Source of the DNA: Zancudomyces culisetae HAW-14-8
Lineage: Eukaryota > Fungi > Kickxellomycota
Reading direction: 5' to 3'
NCBI GenBank assembly: GCA_052426225.1
Contig: JBNJNM010000012.1
Location: 310,001 to 374,000 of the forward strand
Length of the DNA: 64,000 nucleotides
Numbering within the stretch: position 1 is the stretch's first letter; every line of letters begins with the position of its first letter. Shown here in pieces: positions 25,896 to 36,157 of the stretch. A model generated the notes under the pieces. The model did no database searches and was not told where the DNA came from. It saw only the letters and a program-made list of their open reading frames with translations. The translations under genes and the position numbers were made by a program.

Positions 25896-28800
25896 CTAGA
25901 ATATCCCATTGTACTTTTTCTGCCCGTTGATCCCGCAAAATCCTTCTCCCACTCCACATTGTCCCCACTCGCTACAACATTGATAATCCGGACACCTTGC
26001 CCTTTCTGGCGATTCTTCACCACATACCTGGGTTGAATCAACTATTCTTGGCATGGTTCCATGTGAAATACATATGTGTATTCCGGTATGTATATTTTCA
26101 CATCCATGAAACTTTCTTGTATTTTTGTTAAATTCATAGATATCCTGTACGGAAATATTGTTTGCGCGAGCAATTGAAATACATGAATCCCCTAGTTGTG
26201 TACGATATACACCACAGGGAATAAACCGATCCGGTGATGCCCAATCATAGCTTTCTTCGGATGGATGATGATCCCGACCATGGTCAAACTCATGATATTT
26301 CTCATGGTTATAGCTATGATCAAAATACTCGTCATCATTAACATGATCAAATAAGTGTTTATCTATTTCTATATCCTGGTATCGGTGCTTATGGCGTTCA
26401 TTTTTGTAGTTTTTGTAGTTTTTGTAGCTTTTGTGGTTTTTGTGGATGCTGTTGTCTTTATGAATGCTGTTGTCATTGTGGTTGTTGTTGTCTTTATGGT
26501 TGCTATAGTTTTTGTGGATGCTATAGTTTTTGTGATCTTTATGATTCCTGTTAGATTTTGCTCGACTTCTCTCGCTATCACCATCATAGTACTCTCGACC
26601 ATGTCCTAACGTGTAGTTATAAAAGATGTTTATAATATATCTTCGAAAATAAGATTATATAAGCTACGGTATTGTTTATATAGTGAATTATATATTATAT
26701 GCTCTAAAACTCAAAAATAGTACTAAATAGCACCAAATAGTGTCAAAATAGAGTTGCACGCTACTCACCTCTATCATGATTGCTAGATTTATCACTGATT
26801 TTTTGATTGTGGTTATGGACATTTTTATTATGGTTTTTAAACTTATGGCCACCTCTACCATCATCATTGTGTTTTTCATGCTTAAATTTGTCGGAGTATT
26901 CAGAGTTGATATTATATCTTATATGATCTAGAGAAAGCTTGTGACGAGAAGAGCCATGATTTTGGTAATTTTTGTTGGATGGTAATTTTGTTTTAGTAGG
27001 ACGTTGTCTGTTATCCCTGTTATCCCTGTTATCCCTGTTATCCCTGTTACTCCTATGATCTCTGCCATCACCATTGTTTCTACGGTTTTCATGTTTGTTG
27101 AATTTACATCTGTTGTGACACCACATTTTAGAAGCTGGAAGTTCAGACTGTTTGGGATTTGTACGAGAGCACTTCGGCGACTTCGTTTTAGAGATTGTGG
27201 GTTTACACTTTCGTGTTTTAGTTTTAGTTTTATTTTTAGTTTTACTTGAATTTTGCGTAGAATATGATGGGTAACTATTAGTGCGTGTTGTTTTATGCCC
27301 GTCCTTAGTTTTGGTTTTATCTTCACCCTTAGTTTTGGTTTTATCTTCATCCTCGCTCTTGGTTTTATTCTCGTCCTTAGTCTTGGTTTTATCTTCCTCC
27401 TCCTCCTTATTTTTAGTTTTATCCTCGTCCTTAGTCTTGGTTTTATCTTCAACCTTATCTTTGGTTTTATCTTCGTCTTCGTCCTTAGTCTTGGTTTTAT
27501 CTTCATCCTTATTTTTGGTTTTATCTTCATCCTTAGTCTTGGTTTTATCTTTGTCCTTATTTTTGGTTTTATCCTCGTTCTCGTCCTTAGTTTTGGTTTT
27601 ATCTTGATCCTTAGTTTTGGTATTATCTTCATCTTCGTCCTTAGTTTTGGTATTATCCTCGTTCTCGTCCTTAGTCTTGGTTTTATCTTCGTCCTTAGTT
27701 TTGGTATTATCCTCGTCTTCGTCCTTAGTCTTGGTATTATCCTCGTCCTTAGTTTTGGTTTTATCCTCGTCCTTAGTCTTGGTTTTATCTTCATCCTTAT
27801 CTTTGGTTTTATCTTCGTCTTCGTCCTTAGTCTTGGTTTTATCTTCATCCTTATTTTTGGTTTTATCTTCATTCTTAGTCTTGGTTTTATCTTCATCCTT
27901 ATCTTTGGTTTTATCTTCGTCTTCGTCCTTAGTCTTGGTTTTATCTTCATCCTTATTTTTGATTTTATCTTCATCCTTAGTCTTGGTTTTATCTTTGTCC
28001 TTATTTTTGGTTTTATCCTCGTTCTCGTCCTTAGTCTTGGTATTATCTTGATCCTTAGTTTTGGTATTATCTTCATCTTCGTCCTTAGTTTTGGTATTAT
28101 CCTCGTTCTCGTCCTTAGTCTTGGTTTTATCCTCGTCCTTAGTTTTGGTTTTATCCTCGTCCTTAGTCTTGGTTTTATCTTCATCCTTATCTTTGGTTTT
28201 ATCTTCGTCTTCGTTCTTAGTCTTGGTTTTATCTTCATCCTTATTTTTGGTTTTATCTTCATCCTTAGTCTTGGTTTTATCTTCATCCTTATCTTTGGTT
28301 TTATCTTCGTCTTCGTCCTTAGTCTTGGTTTTATCTTCATCCTTATTTTTGGTTTTATCTTCATCCTTAGTCTTGGTTTTATCTTTGTCCTTATTTTTGG
28401 TTTTATCCTCGTTCTCGTCCTTAGTCTTGGTATTATCCTCGTCCTTAGTTTTGGTATTATCCTCGTCTTCGTCCTTAGTCTTGGTATTATCCTCGTCCTT
28501 AGTTTTGGTTTTATCCTCGTCCTTAGTTTTGGTTTTATCCTCGTTCTCGTCCTTAGTTTTGGTTTTATCTTCGTCTTCGTTCTTAGTCTTGGTTTTATCT
28601 TGATCCTCGTTTTTGGTTTTATCTTTGGTTTTATCTTCATCTTCGTCCATATTTTTGGTTTTATCCTCGTCCTCGTCCTCGTCCTTAGTCTTGGTTTTAT
28701 CTTCGTCCTTATTTTTGGTTTTATCCTCGTTCTCGTCCTTAGTTTTGGTTTTATCTTGATCCTCGTTTTTGATTTTATCTTCATCTTTATCCTTGGTGGT

Positions 28801-29202
28801 ATCTGTGGTTTTATCCCCGTCCTTAGCATTGGTTTTATCTTCATTCTTAGTCTTGGTTTTATTTTCATTCTTAGTCTTGGTTTTATCTGTGGTTTTATCC
28901 CCGTCCTTAGTTTTGGTTTTATCCGTGGTTTTAGTATCATCTGCATCACCATCACCATCTGGTCCTACATTTGTTCCTGTCTCGATATCTGATGTGGTTG
29001 TTTTTGTATCTTTCCGCTTTTCCGAGATCCCTGTCGAGTCTTTATTCCCAAACAAGTCGATTTTCAAAATGTTTTCGTTTTGATTTCCTATCTCCACTAA
29101 CTTTAGAGTTGGTAGTGTAAAAGCGCTGGCCTTTTGCATCATACCTACACCAAGTATGACAAACAACACCACACTCAACAGTATCTTTACACTTGCTCGC
29201 AT
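25896..29202 (-). CDS. Secreted repeat protein: signal peptide, KTKTKDED array, His/Asn-rich region, LysM, hevein/CBM18 (about 1047 aa)
   Basis: Exon 1 29202-26769 (donor GTGAGT), exon 2 26605-25896 (acceptor TTAG, phase 1 preserved). Exon 2 ends ...CGVYRTQLGDSCISIARANNISVQDIYEFNKNTRKFHGCENIHTGIHICISHGTMPRIVDSTQVCGEESPERARCPDYQCCSEWGQCGVGEGFCGINGQKKYNGIF*. Hydrophobic N-terminus ending ASA-F. Confidence 0.88.
27300..28935 (-). repeat. Coding minisatellite of 24/30-nt units (KTKTKDED, KTKTKDEDED) with higher-order periodicity
   Basis: Recurring unit such as ttagtcttggttttatcttcatcc. The variant atctttgtcc recurs at 27547, 27991 and 28381 (spacings 444 and 390 bp). Confidence 0.95.
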
Positions 29203-30725
29203 TTTTCAACATGTACTCTTTAGTTTTTGCTTTTTTTCAATAAATGCTTTCTTTACCAGCTGCTGTATGTTAGTGTAGAAATAAAATGTAGCAAGTGCAA
29301 AGTTGAACAAGTATTTATATTTGAGTGTGGAGCTTTATACAACATACAACATACAACATTGATGAATGTTTAATACGTATATTTTATTTGAACATTTTAA
29401 TTTTATGATGTGTGATGATCCAAAATATATTGATATTAAAACTTGCTTTATTTAATATTACTCTTTTACAAAGATACTGAGCGAGTTTCATTCAATTTAA
29501 TATACCAGGATGTTTCTTGTTTATGATTCAACTTGTTATAAGCTATTTAAATTAAATAAGCTTTTCATCTTCCAGCAAATGTGTTGCGCTGCTAAAACTA
29601 CAATTGATTGAGTGTCAACATAGCGTGTTTTATTAACTTTGAATAAGATGTCCTCTTCTCAACGTTTTTTCGAACTAATGTTGATTATAAGTTTTTATTT
29701 ATAAACTTGATATATAACGGGCAATAGTTTATATGAGCAATTTCCACCTTCATCAGCCCTATTGCTTAATTGTGTTCATCTAATTACTCTTCTTTCCTCT
29801 CCTTATTAAACGGATGTTAGCGATTTTGAATGGCTTTAATTTGTTTTTTCACAATGTGAATATCTAGTTTTCTTTTGCCGGATATCAGAAAAGTAAACAT
29901 TTTCTATGGTTGTTAGTAATGGGCTTGTAAAAAGCTGAATCGCTATGTTTTTTTAGTAGCTATATTTATTAAACCTAATTGGATAAATTGTATGTACTAT
30001 AGTGCCTTTGTAAATATATTATGACACCTATTTTTCAGAAATAGCCGTGTACACAACTGCAAGAACAGATTTGGTCGTATATATTCGTTTTTCTTTGAAA
30101 AGTAACGAATAGTGGTTCCAACTTCCTAGCCACTTTTTTTTCTTGGTGAATCTATTTAGTAACTATTCATAAAATACTACAAAACAAATAATCTTACACA
30201 CTACCTATTTAACTAATTACTCCTCGTCCCTCTTAGCTTTATATTTACCGGGTGTCGATTCAAGGAGATCGCCTCTGCTCTGAGTCGATTAAATGTAATT
30301 ATCCTAAATGGAAAGACTTTACCCAAAAAGCTAGTTATGTTTAGCTAGATTAGGGATGGTATTTTGGCTTCAGTCTCCCTTGAAGTCAAGGTGACCGGTC
30401 TTTATGATTTTCCTCCAATAATTCTACTCAGCCACTTGATACGGGAGCGTTAAAATTTTTCTGCGTACTCTATGTTTTAAACGATACGTCACACAATGGG
30501 TTTTTGCTCATATAAACTATATCCCCCTCCCGAGATTATAATCTTGTACTTTGAAATAGAGAATATACACTTTTCCCGTTAAGTGGTAAAGTGAAATTTA
30601 TTTGGTCAAATACCCCGTTAATAAAAAATAAATATGCGACTCCGGTTTCTAAAGGAAAAATGATTGCTTTACTCTACATATTATTGAAAACTACTCATTT
30701 CTCATATCTAAGGATACTGATGGGT

Positions 30726-33700
30726 TTAATATATGCTTTCGTTATCCTCCGTAATACTCGGATCTTCAATGACTTTTAAAAACACTTTATATAACGAGGC
30801 TTGAGTGATTGACCAGCTATCAACATGATACATTGATTGATTGGTTTTTATCTCATTGAAAATTTTGGGGATTAGCCCGCTGTGGTTATTAAATGACCAT
30901 GTTGAAGTATTAAACATAGTTTCAATATTCTCAGAATCCTTTGGGAGGAAACTATCAATAAATTTTCTGGCTTGGTCCAAATAACTTGTTTCGCACGATA
31001 TTTTCAACAAAAATCCGCCCCCATAGAGCTCTTTTAGCCTTAACTGAGACCCAATACATCTCATCACACCATCTTGCATAATTGCTACTTTTGTGCATAG
31101 AACCTCCGCCTCTTCCATACTGTGCGTTGTTATAACAATTGTTCTATCTTTTCTGTTTGTTTTTATTAACTCCCATATACTTCTACGCGATTCAGGGTCC
31201 AGCCCGGTCTAATTATAACATTCGATTATTACTGATATTAATCTATTATTCTGTTGCTTACTCGTATAACAAATAACACAAACATTGTTAGAAATATTAT
31301 AAATATAATATCGCTGATAGTATACTTACTGTAGGTTCGTCTAGAAAAATAACACGAGGATTTCCGATAAAAGAAATAACTAGACTCAACATTCGCCTTT
31401 GGCCCCCTGATAGGTGTCTTACAAGTTTCTCTTTGACTTTATACAGCATTGTATTGTTTAGCAATAAATTTACATGATCATTTTCCTCTGAAGGCTCAAT
31501 TCCCTTTAGTCGTGCGTAAAAATATAAATGATCAGTAACTGTCAAATCTTCCCACAGGATATCATGCTGAGGACATATACCAAAACTAAAATATATCTCT
31601 GAGCTAAATGAACCGACGTCGTAACCATCAAGTTTGGCACTCCCAGATGTCATGGAATGTAATCCCGATAACATTGAAATTAGTGTCGTTTTTCCTGCGC
31701 CATTTGGTCCCAAGAGCCCCAATATACAGTCGCTTTCTACAGCCATTGTTACATTTTTTACAGCGTATTTCCCGGATTTATAGCGTTTTTGAACGTTGTG
31801 CAATACAAGAGGAGAAGATTGACAGTAAAGATTCTCCTCTACATTTAGTCTTTCGTTTTTCACATCTTCATCCTCTTTATCGAGATCAATTTCTGTATTC
31901 CTATCGCCACAACCAGGTAGGGTTCTGCGTTTGTTAAAGGGGCGTAGAAAAAAATACCAGGGTCTTTTTATTCCATATCCCTGAGACAGTACGTTACCAA
32001 AGTATACTGTGAGAAGTAGATAGATCACAGAAGCGACAACAAGTGCCATGAAACAATTAAAGACGCCATCGTGTGGTTTCAAATCAGAAAGCTGATATGG
32101 TGATTTTTCTAGTGACATTGAAGAAATGTTGAGCAGGTATAGTGCTCTATACATAGCGAATGGAGGCCACAACAGATACATAAAGGACATGTTATCCAGA
32201 GATTGCATATTAACTGTTGTATTAATAACTACACTACAGATCACCAATAAACACGATATTGTTAGTGCAGTTCTGGTTTTTTTAAACAGCGTGCTCAGGA
32301 AAAATGATAAAGTGATCTGCGCATTATTCCATAGCAAGAGTAAGGTAATGTACACAGAAGGATCTGTTCGAGTAAACAACTCTGTGCGGAAAATGTACCC
32401 CGATAATGTTAGAAAGAGAGTTGACCACAAGAAAAGCACAAAAAAATGAATATAGTGTGCACAATAGTAATACAACGTTCTTATTCCATTCATCCTCATC
32501 ATAATCATTATTTTGCTCTCCTTTTCCTTTACAAGAATCATTACAAATATAGGAATAAGAAATGATACGCCAAAGGGATAAAGGATAGCACCCACAAATC
32601 CACCTATTGGTATTTGCAAACTGTTGTCAAAGAATTGTGGCATTGCTCTCAATCCATGCGATAGCATTGCGCTTGGATCTTTTAGCGATGTTCTGAGAAA
32701 CGCATTGGTTAGTTGTGTATGTTGGGTTATTAATCTATCCATAAGCGAAGGAAACAACCCCAGAATTGAGATATCTCTATCTTCTCCAAACTGCATAGTA
32801 TATTGCCACTCGCTATTTTCTGGATCTATCTTATCCATAAGGAGCGCTCCCCATGGCATTTTATTTATTATAGGCGCCAATTTTTCGTAATATTTGAAAA
32901 GAACCTCGACCTGACTAAGTTTTTTTGCTCTTGATGCTTGTGCCTCCTTTACGTAATCTTCAATCTGCCTTTTCGTTGTGATAACGCTATCCTTGGAGCT
33001 TAGTATGTATGCTTTGATCGTATCGTCAATGCTTGGGCCGCTGTTTTCAGCTCCTATATTGTCAAACCAAGGGACCGGCTTCAGCCCATTTATTACTATT
33101 GCGTTTTCGGCTTCCTTGTCTTGACTGACATCCATAAAAAAGTTGGTTTTTATTTGGTTCAATAGCCTAAGATCGAGTGAACTTTTTACATCCTCCAGCA
33201 TCACGTAAGAATAAATTGATTCAATATCAGGAATGATAGTTCCAGAAAGATTTGAGCCTTCTGGCGCATTTAACACTAGTAACGGGCGTTCAACTCTACT
33301 ACCTGCATTGTTTTTTGTTGAATCTCGAACTAGTACAAACTGACTTTTTTGATTTGATAATAACTTTAGAAAGTTTTTTTGTAGGAATTTCACATTGAAC
33401 CAGCCACCAGCCGGATCAGGCTTCATAGTTCTATAATTAATGAAATTGGTTATAACAATATAGTCAATACTTGCTTTTACAGACATGAGTGCGGTGTAAA
33501 ACTTTTTCATCAAGATATATCAGTGATTTTTTTTTAGTGTGTTAACTTTCTTTTGGAGATATTTGTAGTAGTAAAAATAACTTACGAATCTCTTCTTAAT
33601 GCATCTGAAATGTTTGGTGATATCTCGTATGGCGATGAAAAGGAACTACTGTGCTCAAACTGCCATACACAACTAGGTGATCGATCGGTTATCGATAGTG

Positions 33701-34151
33701 CGCCGCTTTTGGAAATATCTGTATCGATTATACTCATAGGTAGCAAATAGTGGTTCAGATGATAAACTGTTTTATCTTTTGGAAGGTTTGGAGCTTCAAT
33801 GCCCTGTACCATCGGTAACTTTTCCTTGCTGTAGTTATTGATAGGTATATTGAATATATCTGATGCGTTCTTGTTAGAACACATTAAATAGTTTTGTTCT
33901 GAATTCAAAGTTTGAGCTACACTTCGCACTATCATGGTTATTATTCCACCTGCTGCAAACATCAGAAACGGGCATAGCGCTACACAAAACACATTTATAA
34001 GGTACTGCCGTTTTTGATAACTAATTTTACTTCTGGCCAGTGCTCTAATCTGAAAAGTTCTTTTTTGCCCATAATTTCTGTTAATGTTGTGCGATGAATC
34101 AAATATTATTTTACTCGATTCCAGTGTAGTACTATGTTCATCTATCCTCAT
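30726..34151 (-). CDS. Half-size ABCA-family transporter (TMD-NBD), paralog 1
   Basis: Exons 34151-33586, 33430-31330, 31208-30726. One N-terminal TM helix, large exocytoplasmic domain, LVKEKESK..MRMNG, Walker A GPNGAGKT, CPQHDILW, signature LSGGQRR, FLDEPT|TGLDP and TTHSMEEAEVLC. Confidence 0.92.
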
Positions 34152-36157
34152 TGTGGCTCAAAGCTTTTTTTTGTGTGTTACCAGGCTCTATTTTCTAAAG
34201 CAAGTCTATACCCTTCACTTTTTCTTTTTCTTTTTTTTTTTTTTTTTTTTTTCTTTTTTTATTCAGTTGTTTTTGTATGTGAAGCCGATTACTTTGTTGA
34301 TTGCTCTTATAGATGGATCCCTTTATACTTAAGAAGACAAATGCGAGTTTTTAAAAGAAAAGACTAGTGAATTATTATAAAGATGTTGACAGTATTATTG
34401 TTAGTATCCCTTAAAGTTCTCTACTGCGGGTTTGTACAAACATAACTCAATGTTTTAAAGATACTCTACGATTTAGAAATATTAAATACATAGTGTGGAT
34501 AATATCCAAACGTGTATAGATATGCTAGACTCAAATAATCGCAAGACTTGGTTCTAACCTTGAGCTTCACATAAAGTTTATGAACTTTGTAAAATACTTT
34601 CTTTTTCTGTTTACGCTTTAAAAGCAAGTATATCATTGGAAAACAATTCATTGTCGAGATAACTTAGCCGAGTTTAAAGTTAACTCGTCCCAGTATACAG
34701 AAAAAGAATAGCTATCCCAATTAAAGTCTGTTTTTTCTCAGCTCATTATTTGTACCTCAAATTGTAGTGTTGTTTTGTGTTGGGCTTTTTAATGTTGGGG
34801 TTTCTATACTTTTCAAGTATATTTTAAACTATCATACTTGGTACAGCGCTAGTGCTATTGTTGTGGGTTGTTATTTTTTGCGGCTGCTGTTGTCTTTAAA
34901 TCATGTGCAGAGTAGTTAAAATTATTGGGCAAGCAAAACATCACTTTCTCGTTTGTGGTTTACTGAAGCATACTTTCTGGTGCAACAAAAATCAAAGCTA
35001 AGACTAGGATTAAAGCTGAATCGTTGTCTGATAAGTCGTTCCAAGTGATACGATACTACTTTTCCTGTAAATCTGAAACCTAGTTTTAATTTTAAATACT
35101 TCACCACATCACAGCCTACAAATAGAAAGCGGTGTATCAAAGCAAGTCTGCAATAGCTGCGGTTCCGTTGTAGGCTCCTAATACTTTGAGAAGGAACTGG
35201 GGCTTTACACAAATAAAGGTATAACATATAAAGCCAGACTTTATTCAGTAAACCAACAAAACGTTTCGGTTTTTGCTCTTTTTTATTTCATCTTTTTAGT
35301 ACCAGGTAAACCAAAGCTATCAAAAAAAAGTATAACAAACATCCGCGAAATTTGTTCTCCACCAAAAAAAGTATCAAGAGCAAGAGACAGCGAATGGAAC
35401 TCACCTAATAAATGTGATTCAGAATAAAGACACAATGATGCGAATTGTAAGAAACATAGATTCTGTGGGGTTAAAACGCGTATACACTGAATAACAAAAA
35501 TTCCATCAAAATGTGTTTCAGTGAGAAATCACAATGTTGAAAAAGTGAAACACAAGCAGGTATACGTAAACTAAAAATGATACCAATTTATAGATATTCA
35601 TAACCCTATCAGTGAGTGTAGTTATTTTTGCTCTACTTTAATAAGAGGAGACTATGTGATAGTATTTCTTTCAGATGGAAAAGCGTAAACTCAAGGATAT
35701 TATCTAGTAATACACCACTTATATGTATGTCACCTTGGCTTGCTCGTTAACAAAAACATCAATAACTTAAATCTAAGCTAGTTGTGTTGATGAAATTAGT
35801 TGTAAATTATTTGGTGCATTTTTAGCTTGTATGCGATGATTAGTATAGTATGGACTTGTGAAATAGCGGTAACTATAACAAAGATATCAGTGGTAAAAGT
35901 AAAAGGAGTAATTAGTGAGTGTCTTTTAGAGATTCAGGGGGTAAGCACAAAGTGCATATTAGACAGGTTGCAAAAGCCCCCGATTAATGATGATCTCCTT
36001 TATAGTTCAAAAAAATGACAGGTATTCTTGAATAATCAACGCTGGGGAGAAATTAGTTTGTAATACACTGATAATTTAAAAGTTAGATGGAAATAATGTT
36101 GGTTTTGTGTTGGTGTTTATTGAATATACCAGCCCACTAGTCACATTTTTTGAGTAC

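Larger units (their letters stand above)
25838..29457. repeat. Direct segmental repeat, copy 1 (pairs with 36158-38344)
   Basis: 25838 to about 27205 matches 36158 to about 37498, and about 28997-29457 matches about 37877-38344, almost base for base, including the intron, 3' UTR and about 250 bp upstream of the ATG. Confidence 0.95.

Noticed and set aside
25756-26609. Short ORF-track calls around exon 2, and their duplicates at 36076-36902
   Set aside because: Wrong frames or strand; the real frame is the phase-1 continuation encoding LysM and CBM18.
27300-28935. CRISPR-like array
   Set aside because: No unique spacers; it is an in-frame coding minisatellite in a eukaryotic gene.
26928-28992. 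Long alternative-frame ORFs over the repeat (676-aa RIKPKLRT frame, 565-aa hydrophobic antisense frame, LVLVLSSS frames)
   Set aside because: Shadow ORFs: the repeat unit lacks stops in these frames. Only the KTKTKDED frame links the signal peptide to the spliced LysM-CBM18 exon.
30249-30450. TPP riboswitch, U1 snRNA or RNase MRP assignment
   Set aside because: Only scattered sub-motifs match, with wrong spacing and core pairings; kept only as an unassigned structured candidate.
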